Positions 43,730 through 53,678 of a stretch of 64,000 bases of DNA are shown here, one piece after another. A model generated the notes under the pieces. The model saw nothing but the letters and a program-made list of their open reading frames with translations. It was not told where the DNA came from and did not search any database. This DNA comes from an uncultured bacterium (GTDB lineage: Bacteria; Deinococcota; Deinococci; Deinococcales; Trueperaceae). Location of the stretch: NCBI GenBank assembly GCA_964561595.1, contig CAZLQH010000003.1, positions 9,025 through 73,024 of the forward strand. Reading direction: 5' to 3'. The position numbers and the translations under genes are program-made. Positions within the stretch are counted from its first letter, which is position 1, and each line of letters opens with the position of its first letter.

Positions 43730-46207
43730 TCACCAGTCGAACGACTGGCGGTGGACGGTCCGGATCGTGCCGTCCTCGCTGGTGGTCACGGTCCAGGACA
43801 GGCCGAGCCGCTCGGCGACGATGGCCAGCGCGTCGGGGCCGACCTCGACCAACGTCAGCAGGTCGGCGAACGGCGGCACTTCTGCCAGCGCCTCCTCGGC
43901 CGACGCGTCGGTCTCCGTCTCGGCCTCGGTCTCGGCCTCGTCCTCGGCACCGAGGTCCTCGGCGTCGTCGACGACCAGCTCGATCCGGTACGCGCCCTGA
44001 CCGCTGCCGCCCCAGGTCGTGGCGCCGATCAGGAGCTCGCGCCCGTCCGACCGGAAGCGGATCTCCGACCGGTCGGTCCATGGGGCGTCGTCGTTCTCCG
44101 CCAGGACGTTGCCGGTCTCGGCGTCGTACAGGTAGAGGAACGTATCCAGCGGCTCCGACGTCATCACGACGGACGCCTCCACGCCGGCGGGAAGCGCCGC
44201 GGGGCGCCAGAGATCGACGGTCTCGCCCATCTCGGCGAGGGTCGCGTCGGGTCCCAGCTCGGCGTCCACCGGAACGTTGGACGCCAGCGGGCGCGCCTCG
44301 ACGGGGAGCGCGTCACCGATGCCGGAGAAGCCGGTCTGCCCGCTCAGGTCGACGAGCGGCTGCTCGTCGCCGAACGAATCGAAGTCGGGCTCGTCGGTGA
44401 GCGTCTCCTCGCTGCGCGCCTCCTCGAGGGCGGCGGACAGCCCCAGCGAGATGCCCGCCGCGACCGGCTGGGTGGCCAAGCGAAGCGTGTCGGCCAGACC
44501 GGCGAGGTCGGCCCCGCCGTCCGCGTACGACCAGCCGACGCGGCCGGTGGGGGAGGCGTCGACGATCGCCGACCAGCCTTCGCCGTCGCGGCCGTCGCCG
44601 CCATCGCCTCGGGCGACGGCGAGGACGTCCGCGAACGCGGTGGAGGGCGTCGCGATCACGAGGTGGTCGTCGACGATGCCGACGGCCAGGTCCGTGGTGG
44701 GGCCGATCTGGACGCGGCGCACGGCCACGCCGTCGATCTCGGTCTCGCGGACCGAGAGCATGGTCTGCACGCCGGCGAGGTCGTCGAGGTCGGCGGCCAT
44801 CTCGTCGGTGGACGCCAGCAGCGTGGTGGCCGCCTCGGCCAGCGCGTCGAGCCCCGCCTCGGCCTCGACGGCGGAGGTCACAGGAACGATCGTCGCGGAG
44901 GCGGGCTGGAACAGCAGGTCGGAGACGGTGGGCGAGAGCGCGTCGAAGCGGACCGTGTGCGCCTCGTCGCCCAGCCAGGAGAGCAGCAGCGCGTCGAGGT
45001 CCAGGCCCGCCTCGTCCAGCAGGGTGGCACGCACGGTGGTCGGCTCGCCCATGGCGGCGCTCACGTCGCCCACGACGCCGTCCAGCCAGTCCAGCCACGC
45101 CGTCGGGCGCAGGCTCGAGCCGCTGGCCGACACCGCGTCGGCGGGCGCCCACGCCGGCTCGTTCGAGGTACAGGTCGCGCAGGTCAGCAGGTCGTACAGC
45201 GCCGCGTCGCCGCCGTCCGCGTCGGGCGCGAGCGTCGCTTCGAGCCGCCATCCCGCCTCGTCCAGCACGAGGCGCGATCCGCCGGCGCCCACGGTGCGGA
45301 GGATCGCGGCGACGCGGTCCACGGCCGCGACGACGGCCTCTTGGTCGGGCGGGATCGGGAGCGAGGAGGTCAGGACGTCGGCCAGACCGGCGACGTCGAA
45401 CAGAACGCGCGCGCCCAGCGCGGGGTCGCCCGCGACGGCCGCGGGGTGGTCCGCCAGGGACGGCTCGTCGGCCCCGGCGGCACGGCGGAGCGCGCCGCGG
45501 ACCAGGTCGGGGCGCGAGCCCGCCAGGAACAGGTCGCCCGAGCGCGCCACGACGAGCGGAAGGTCCTCGCCGTCGAACAGCACGTGCATCTCGACGCCGC
45601 CCTCGCTCCCCAATGCGTCGCCGCCGAAGCAGTCCAGCAGCGCGTCGTGCAGCGCGTCGGCCGAAGCGCGCGCGCCGTCCGCGACGCGGGCCGCCGCGAG
45701 CACGCCGGGCAGTGGCGCGAACGGATCGACGGCGACGGCCAGCAGCAGGTCGTCCGACCACACCTGCTGGCCATCCAGCCCGGCGACCGCCTCGGCAGCG
45801 GCGGGGCACGCCTCGCCCAGCGCGCCGGCGATCTCGTCGGGGGTGCCGACGTCGTCGGCCATGTCCAAGAGCCCGGGAACGAACATCGCGGCCGGACCGC
45901 CGCCGCCCAGCAGCGCCGGGGCGGAGCCGCCCAGCTCCTCGAGCACCGGCTTCAGCGCGTCCAGCGCGGCGCGTGCACGTTCGAGGTCGAGGTCTTCGAA
46001 GGCGGCATCCAGGTCGCCCGCGGGAAGCTGCCCCTGCGTCAGGCCCAGCGCCAGGACGGTCTCCGCGGGCGCGAGGCGCTCCAGCGGGACGTCGCTCTGG
46101 GCCAGGCCCGGCGACGCCAGCAGGACCAGCGTCAGGCCGACGAGCAGGGATACGATCCCGGCCGGGCGGGCGAGGCTCGAACGTTCGAAGCGTAGGTGTC
46201 GTGGCAT
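43730..46207 (-). CDS. Large acidic secreted protein of unknown function with a PPC-like (pre-peptidase C-terminal type) beta-domain
   Basis: ORF 43730..46207(-), 825 aa. SD GGAAAGGA. Signal peptide ...IVSLLVGLTLVLLASPGLAQ. Highly Asp/Glu/Ala/Leu-rich. Near aa 660-720, TFLYLYDAETGNVLAENDDAPWTDRSEIRF...GAYRIEL fits the D.DxY.F / NDD pattern of PPC-type domains. An ETEAETEAETETDA linker and a roughly 60-aa terminal domain follow. I recognised no catalytic motif. Confidence 0.8.
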   Translation of the reverse strand: MPRHLRFERSSLARPAGIVSLLVGLTLVLLASPGLAQSDVPLERLAPAETVLALGLTQGQLPAGDLDAAFEDLDLERARAALDALKPVLEELGGSAPALLGGGGPAAMFVPGLLDMADDVGTPDEIAGALGEACPAAAEAVAGLDGQQVWSDDLLLAVAVDPFAPLPGVLAAARVADGARASADALHDALLDCFGGDALGSEGGVEMHVLFDGEDLPLVVARSGDLFLAGSRPDLVRGALRRAAGADEPSLADHPAAVAGDPALGARVLFDVAGLADVLTSSLPIPPDQEAVVAAVDRVAAILRTVGAGGSRLVLDEAGWRLEATLAPDADGGDAALYDLLTCATCTSNEPAWAPADAVSASGSSLRPTAWLDWLDGVVGDVSAAMGEPTTVRATLLDEAGLDLDALLLSWLGDEAHTVRFDALSPTVSDLLFQPASATIVPVTSAVEAEAGLDALAEAATTLLASTDEMAADLDDLAGVQTMLSVRETEIDGVAVRRVQIGPTTDLAVGIVDDHLVIATPSTAFADVLAVARGDGGDGRDGEGWSAIVDASPTGRVGWSYADGGADLAGLADTLRLATQPVAAGISLGLSAALEEARSEETLTDEPDFDSFGDEQPLVDLSGQTGFSGIGDALPVEARPLASNVPVDAELGPDATLAEMGETVDLWRPAALPAGVEASVVMTSEPLDTFLYLYDAETGNVLAENDDAPWTDRSEIRFRSDGRELLIGATTWGGSGQGAYRIELVVDDAEDLGAEDEAETEAETETDASAEEALAEVPPFADLLTLVEVGPDALAIVAERLGLSWTVTTSEDGTIRTVHRQSFDW

Positions 46208-46311
46208 GGGATTCCTTTCCGTCGAGATGAGGGAAGCGCCGTCCGGCGTCGGGCGAGGGCTGCGCGAGCGACGGCGTCTTGCGACGCTAGCACGCGTCCA
46301 TCACGAGATCG

Positions 46312-46668
46312 TCAGCGCACCTCGTGCACGCCGCTGGGGTCGACGCGAAGGCCCGGCTCGCCACCGTCGCTCGTGACGGCCAGCGCGTAGTCGTCCGGAC
46401 CGTACTCGACCACCGTCCAGCGCACGCCGCGGGGAAGGGCGAGGTCGACGAGCGCTTCGGTGCCGTAGACGCCCAGCCGAAGCCGGCCGAGCTCCATCAG
46501 CAGCCACGCCTCCCAGGCGGTTCGTTCCACCGGGCCCAGCGCCCTGGCGGCCTCGGGCGGGCGGGACCCCGTGACGTCGGACGCCGGTCGCGTCGTGGTG
46601 GGGGCGCAGGCGACGCCGGCGATCAGGACCAGCGCCAGGGCCAGCGATGCGGGTCGGTTCCAGGCCAT
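46312..46668 (-). CDS. Small secreted protein or lipoprotein, unknown function
   Basis: Part of ORF 46312..47031(-). ATG 46668 lies 6 nt after a TATGAT hexamer. MAWNRPASLALALVLIAGVACAPTT has a signal sequence with Cys at position 21 (an imperfect lipobox). Confidence 0.65.
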   Translation of the reverse strand: MAWNRPASLALALVLIAGVACAPTTTRPASDVTGSRPPEAARALGPVERTAWEAWLLMELGRLRLGVYGTEALVDLALPRGVRWTVVEYGPDDYALAVTSDGGEPGLRVDPSGVHEVR

Positions 46669-46703
46669 GACCGCATCATAGAGCCGGAGCCTAGGGTCGC
46701 TGC

Positions 46704-47363
46704 TCAGATCGCGTCCTCGGGCGATACCGGGGCCAAGCCCAGGTGCACCACGTAGCGCTGCGCGCCGCGCTTGCGCTGGTAGCGCTGGAGGAGCTCGATC
46801 AGCTCGCGTTGGAGCTGCTTCGCATCGTGATAGTCCAGCTCCAGCGCGTCGCGCCAGGCCGACAGGACCGCGGGCCCCTCCGGACCTGGGGGCGCCACGT
46901 CGGCGTCGGGCCGGACGGCCATCTGGACCTGGACGCGACCGCGCTCGTCGCGGTAGATCCGCGTGCCCCACGTGCCCAGCGCCTCGCGCCGGGCACGGAC
47001 GACGGCGCGCCGGAAGAGCCGCTCGACCCACGCCTCGCGCTCGGCGAGAGCCTCTTCGAGATCGCCCGCGGCGCTGGCTTCGAACGGAACGAAGAACACG
47101 TCGGCGACCGCTCGGTAGCGGCGCATCGGACGGCCGCGCCGCGGGACGGTCTCGGCGACCTCGAGCAGTCCCGCGTCCACGAACCGTCGTACGCGACGCA
47201 GCACCGTGTTGGGCTTCTCGCCGGTCCGCCGGGCGGCCTCTCCGATCGTGAGGGCGGCGCCGAGGAACGGCGCGAGCTGCGCCCGGGTCCTGGCGCCCAA
47301 CAGCAGTCGGGCTCGCTCTTCGTCCAGAACGACGAGCGTGGAACGTGATTCAGAACGGCTCAT
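46704..47363 (-). CDS. Winged-helix (ArsR-like) DNA-binding protein with a C-terminal domain of unknown function
   Basis: Part of ORF 46704..47486(-), ATG 47363. [39 protein letters not shown] resembles an ArsR/MarR-type wHTH. A TACGCT hexamer lies 10 nt upstream. Confidence 0.75.
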   Translation of the reverse strand: MSRSESRSTLVVLDEERARLLLGARTRAQLAPFLGAALTIGEAARRTGEKPNTVLRRVRRFVDAGLLEVAETVPRRGRPMRRYRAVADVFFVPFEASAAGDLEEALAEREAWVERLFRRAVVRARREALGTWGTRIYRDERGRVQVQMAVRPDADVAPPGPEGPAVLSAWRDALELDYHDAKQLQRELIELLQRYQRKRGAQRYVVHLGLAPVSPEDAI

Positions 47364-47367
47364 ATCA

Positions 47368-47391
47368 CCTAGAAGCGTACGACACTCTAGG
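47368..47391. promoter_or_regulatory. Inverted repeat CCTAGA-N12-TCTAGG with central CGTACG, in the wHTH/acnA divergent region
   Basis: It lies 5 nt from the wHTH start, overlaps that gene's putative -10, and is 52 nt upstream of the acnA ATG. Candidate operator. Confidence 0.35.
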
Positions 47392-47442
47392 GGAGCCCTA
47401 CACCCGGTGCGCGCGACGCACCGTCCGCCACGAGGAGGAACG

Positions 47443-50166
<2,724 letters not shown>

Positions 50167-50203
50167 GTCCGCGCCCGAATCGCCTCGTGATCCGCGTGGA
50201 CAT

Positions 50204-50232
50204 CGCCCGGCGGCCGGCCCGGCCGCCGGGCG
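50204..50232 (+). terminator. Hairpin after acnA
   Basis: CGCCCGGCGGCCG-GCC-CGGCCGCCGGGCG, a 13-bp stem 38 nt after the stop. Confidence 0.45.
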
Positions 50233-50328
50233 GCGTCGTACCTGCCCCCGGCCGCCGCGTCGGGCCACGCGGGCGGAGTGCCGGGGATGTCACGTCGTAC
50301 CGCCTCGGGCGTGGAGTACGCTCTTGGC

Positions 50329-50748
50329 ATGCGAGAGTTCCTGGGGTTCGTCCTGTTCGCAGCGATCGTCTTCTTCGCCGTGGGCGAGACGGTGGGATGG
50401 AACGTCGGCGTCGCCGGCTCGACCCCCGTGTTCGTCTACAAGCGCGACGGCGGCGCGTCCACCGCACGACGCACGATTCAGCGCGATGCGATGCCGGTCG
50501 AGGTGGAAGGCCGGGTGCGCGACGGCCAGGTCCGGGTCCAGATCGTCTACCAGGACACCGGAAGCTTCCAGACCAACCGCTCGGCCGAGCCGCCCGAGCT
50601 CGTGTTCGAGGAGACGTACCAGCGTGGACAGCGCATCGCGATCGACGAGGTGTTCGACGAAGGGCGCGGCGAGTACACCATCGACCTCACCTTCAGCGGA
50701 GCGACCGGACTGTTCCGCGTCGTCGTGCCCGACAACAGCCAGCTCTGA
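50329..50748 (+). CDS. Hypothetical membrane-anchored protein
   Basis: Part of ORF 50278..50748(+). ATG 50329 lies 6 nt after a TACGCT hexamer. MREFLGFVLFAAIVFFAVGETVGW is an N-terminal TM anchor, followed by a soluble domain of about 110 aa. Confidence 0.6.
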   Translation: MREFLGFVLFAAIVFFAVGETVGWNVGVAGSTPVFVYKRDGGASTARRTIQRDAMPVEVEGRVRDGQVRVQIVYQDTGSFQTNRSAEPPELVFEETYQRGQRIAIDEVFDEGRGEYTIDLTFSGATGLFRVVVPDNSQL

Positions 50749-50781
50749 CCCCGGCCGGGTGCGTAGCGACGGGGCTGCGGC

Positions 50782-51954
50782 ATGACGTCGGACCGGCGTC
50801 TCGCTGCCTCGTCGCCGCGGCGTGTCGCGATACGGCGTGTCGCGATCCCGCGTGTCGTGGTCCAGAGCGTCGTGGCGGCGGCCCTGCTCGTCCTGCCCGG
50901 CTTCGGCTGGGCCGGGCAGCTCGTCCGCGTGCTGCTCGAGGACGGGCTCGCCAGCGCGGTGGTGGCGCTGAGCGGGCCCCACGAGGTCCGAACGGTGCGC
51001 GGCGTACGGAGCGGCACGGCCTCGCTGACGTGGCCGCTGGCGGTAGATGAGGGCGGCATCGTGTCGGACGGCGCCGAGGTCGGACCGTGGCTGGAGCTCC
51101 TGCCCGAGAACGGCGTCGTGCGCAGGGACGGTCGCGCCTACCGCGGGGGTCTCCGCGTCGAGGTGCACGAGGGCGCGTTGCGCATCGTCAACCTCGTCGA
51201 TCTCGAGGCGTACCTGAGGGGCGTGGTGCCCTCCGAGATGCAGGCGGAGTGGCCGATGGAGGCGCTGAAAGCGCAGGCCGTCGCCGCCCGGAGCTACACG
51301 CTGGCTTCGCTGGACCCCGGCGCGGAGTACGACGTGTGCTCCACCGACGCCTGCCAGGTCTACCGCGGGATGGAGGTCGAGCACCCGCGCAGCGACCGGG
51401 CCGTGGCGGACACCGAAGGGATCGTGATCGCCTGGGCGGGAGCGCCCGCGATCGCGTACTACCACGCCGACTCGGGCGGCTCGGTGGCCTCGTCGGCCGA
51501 GGTGTGGGGGCGCGACGTCCCCTACCTGCGTGGCCGCACCGACGTGCCGAGCGGTTCGCCGCACCGCGGCTGGACGGCGCGCATCGCGCCGTCGGCGCTG
51601 AGTGGCGCCCTGGCGAGCGAGGGACGCTCGGTCGGAACGCCGAGCGGGCTCACGATCCTGGCGCGGAGCGCCTCGGGCCGCGTGTCGCGCGCCGAGATCG
51701 CCGGCAGCGCCGGCTCGCTGGTCGTGTCGGGACCCACGCTCACGCGCGTGCTGCGGCGCGTCGGACTCAAGTCGACGCGAATCTCGAGCGTCGCCCCGCT
51801 CACCGTGCGGGGCGACGGCTGGGGCCACGGCGTGGGGATGAGCCAGTACGGCGCGCGCGCGCTGGCGGCGAGCGGCTACGACTACGGCCGCATCCTGGCG
51901 TACTACTACCCGGGGGTCGGTCTGCAGCGCAGGATCTACCGCGCCTCGAACTGA
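50782..51954 (+). CDS. SpoIID/LytB-domain protein (peptidoglycan lytic transglycosylase/amidase-enhancer family)
   Basis: ORF 50782..51954(+), 390 aa. Blocks: LEAYLRGVVPSEM, EALKAQAVAARSY, CSTDACQVY, YHADSGG, GHGVGMSQYGA. Confidence 0.85.
   Translation: MTSDRRLAASSPRRVAIRRVAIPRVVVQSVVAAALLVLPGFGWAGQLVRVLLEDGLASAVVALSGPHEVRTVRGVRSGTASLTWPLAVDEGGIVSDGAEVGPWLELLPENGVVRRDGRAYRGGLRVEVHEGALRIVNLVDLEAYLRGVVPSEMQAEWPMEALKAQAVAARSYTLASLDPGAEYDVCSTDACQVYRGMEVEHPRSDRAVADTEGIVIAWAGAPAIAYYHADSGGSVASSAEVWGRDVPYLRGRTDVPSGSPHRGWTARIAPSALSGALASEGRSVGTPSGLTILARSASGRVSRAEIAGSAGSLVVSGPTLTRVLRRVGLKSTRISSVAPLTVRGDGWGHGVGMSQYGARALAASGYDYGRILAYYYPGVGLQRRIYRASN
50818..50862 (+). repeat. 15-bp tandem repeat x3 inside the SpoIID-like signal-anchor region
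   Basis: CGGCGTGTCGCGATA / CGGCGTGTCGCGATC / CCGCGTGTCGTGGTC, encoding RRVAI-RRVAI-PRVVV. Confidence 0.6.
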
Positions 51955-51994
51955 CGGGCCCAGGCGCGAGAGGGCGCGCCGCCTCCCGGGATCG

Positions 51995-52306
51995 TCAGCC
52001 TCGCGCCAGCTTCACGGCGGCCAGCAGGTCGCCCACCTCGCCCGAGCCCGCCTCGAAGTCCGCCTGGCAGCGCCTCAGGTAGTTCTCGAGCACCGCATCT
52101 CCGGTCGCGTCCAGCGCGCTACGGACGCCGGAGAGCAGGGTCAGGATCTCGCGGCACGACCGCTCCTCGTCCACCATCCGCTGAAGCCCGCGTACCTGCC
52201 CCTCGAGCCGTTTGAGCCGGTTCAGGATGCGCTTCTTCTCGGCCGGGTCGATCGCGAACGGAACGCTGGCTCGCGGCTGGTCGGCGTTCGGGGGGATCGT
52301 GTCCAT
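51995..52306 (-). CDS. CsoR/RcnR/FrmR-family (DUF156) metal- or thiol-sensing transcriptional repressor
   Basis: Part of ORF 51995..52381(-). ATG 52306 with an AGGAGGA SD. KKRILNRLKRLEGQVRGLQRMVDEERSCREILTLLSGVRSALD..LENYLRRC aligns with M. tuberculosis CsoR as I recall it. Cys is conserved at the two Cys ligand positions, but Tyr replaces the ligand His. Confidence 0.85.
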   Translation of the reverse strand: MDTIPPNADQPRASVPFAIDPAEKKRILNRLKRLEGQVRGLQRMVDEERSCREILTLLSGVRSALDATGDAVLENYLRRCQADFEAGSGEVGDLLAAVKLARG

Positions 52307-52377
52307 CGGGTCCTCCTGATCGGGGCGGAGCGAAGGGTGGCGCGGCGCGGTGGCCGGCTTCCCGGGCGGAGCTGTCG

Positions 52378-52416
52378 ACACGACATGATACCCATGGGGG
52401 GTACCGAACGTCGTGT
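52378..52416. promoter_or_regulatory. Nested palindrome containing a CsoR-type operator (ATACCC-AT-GGGGGGTA)
   Basis: ATACCCATGGGGGGTAC at 52388-52404 fits the G/C-tract-flanked-by-TA pattern of CsoR-family operators. It is embraced by ACACGAC / GTCGTGT arms (52378-52384 and 52410-52416). It lies 82 nt upstream of the csoR-like ATG in the divergent region. Confidence 0.5.
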
Positions 52417-52471
52417 GCCGGACGTCGGTCGCATGCGTCGACCGGCCGGGGCGACCTGCTACGCTGCCCTC

Positions 52472-52528
52472 GTGATCGACGCACGAGCACAGTCGAAGCG
52501 GGGACCCTGGACGCGAGGACCGTCGTGA
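52472..52528 (+). CDS. Speculative leaderless 18-codon upstream ORF
   Basis: GTG 52472 lies 6 nt after a TACGCT hexamer (52460-52465). VIDARAQSKRGPWTRGPS; its TGA (52526-52528) overlaps the GTG (52525) of the next ORF. It may simply be 5' UTR. Confidence 0.3.
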   Translation: MIDARAQSKRGPWTRGPS

Positions 52529-52725
52529 GGGCGTACAAGGGCGTGGTGTCCGGCAACGTCGTTCGCCTCGACGAGGGCGTGCGCCTGCCCGACGGAGCGG
52601 TCGTCACCGTGACCGTGGGCGAGGCCGAGCTGGTCAGGGCCGCGTTGCGCTCGGCGCTGCGCCGCAACGCCCGGCGCCGCAGTCGTGCCCGGCTGCGGCC
52701 CACGCCGGCCGGCGGCGGCGCGTGA
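52525..52725 (+). CDS. Small protein with a DUF104/AbrB-antitoxin-like N-terminal motif and an Arg-rich tail
   Basis: ORF 52525..52725(+), 66 aa, very high GC3. YKGVVSGNVVRLDEGVRLPDGAVVTVTV resembles the Y.nGv..L.e...LpeG..V.v.v pattern of DUF104-type antitoxins. Its stop overlaps the rsmI GTG (GTGA, 52722-52725). Confidence 0.5.
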   Translation: MRAYKGVVSGNVVRLDEGVRLPDGAVVTVTVGEAELVRAALRSALRRNARRRSRARLRPTPAGGGA

Positions 52726-53558
52726 GCCGACTGATCCTCGTTCCGACGCCGATCGGCGCCCTCCACGACATCACCCTCCACGCGCTCGACGTCCTGCGGA
52801 ACGCGGACGTGGTCGCGGCCGAGGACACGCGCCGCAGCGGGAACCTGCTGACGCACCACGGCATCACGACGCCGCTCGTCCGGCTGGACGCGCACACCGT
52901 CGCCTCGCGAGGACCCGCGGTGCTGAACGATCACGCCACCGTGGCGTACGTGAGCGACGCCGGAACGCCCGGCGTCAGCGATCCCGGCGCGGACCTGCTG
53001 CGACTGGCGCTCGCCGCGGGTCACGAGGTCGAGGCGCTTCCCGGCCCGACCGCGTTCGTGCCCGCCCTCGTCCTGTCCGGCCTTCCCCTCGCGCGGTTCT
53101 CGTTCGACGGGTTCCTGCCGCGCAAGGGTGGCGCCCGCCGCAAGCGGATCGCCGCGATCGTGCGCAGGGACCATCCGACCGCGATCTACGAGGCCCCCTC
53201 GCGCGTGGCCGCGACGCTGGCGGACCTGGCCGAGGCGTGCGGCGAATCGCGGCCCGCGAGCGTGAGCCGCGAGCTCAGCAAGAAGCACGAAGAGACCGCT
53301 CGTGGCTCGCTGGCCGAGCTGGCCGCGCGGTTCGCCCGGACCTCGCCTCGCGGCGAATGCGTGATCGTCGTCGGTGGCCGCGAGGAGGAGGCGGCAGACG
53401 AGGACGCGCCAGAAGGGGACGCGCTGGCCGCCGCGCTCGCGTCGGCCGGCGTGACGGGTCGCACGCTGCGCGACGCCCTCCGAGCGCTGGGCGTGCCCCG
53501 CAACGACGCCTACCGTCTGGCGCTGGACGCGCCTGCGCCGGAGGAGCCCGGCCGGTAG
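52722..53558 (+). CDS. rsmI: 16S rRNA (cytidine1402-2'-O)-methyltransferase
   Basis: ORF 52722..53558(+), 278 aa. LILVPTPIGALHDITLHALDVLRNADVVAAEDTR, VSDAGTPGVSDPG, TAIYEAP, ELSKKHEE. Confidence 0.9.
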   Translation: MSRLILVPTPIGALHDITLHALDVLRNADVVAAEDTRRSGNLLTHHGITTPLVRLDAHTVASRGPAVLNDHATVAYVSDAGTPGVSDPGADLLRLALAAGHEVEALPGPTAFVPALVLSGLPLARFSFDGFLPRKGGARRKRIAAIVRRDHPTAIYEAPSRVAATLADLAEACGESRPASVSRELSKKHEETARGSLAELAARFARTSPRGECVIVVGGREEEAADEDAPEGDALAAALASAGVTGRTLRDALRALGVPRNDAYRLALDAPAPEEPGR

Positions 53559-53678
53559 GCCGGCGGCCGCCGCGCGGCCGGCGACCCTGCTATCCTCGTG
53601 GGCGGCGTGCTCCGCCCTGCGCGGGACGTCCGCACCAGGCTTCCCCCGCACGAGGTTTCGCGCGTACAAGGTGCCCCC

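Noticed and set aside
43900-43950. Short periodic DNA repeat (CTCGGCCTCGGTCTCGGCCTCG...) that could look like a microsatellite or CRISPR-like signal.
   Set aside because: It lies inside the 825-aa CDS and encodes the acidic ETEAETEAETE linker. There are no spacers or repeat-unit structure of a CRISPR array. No CRISPR arrays are seen anywhere in the window.
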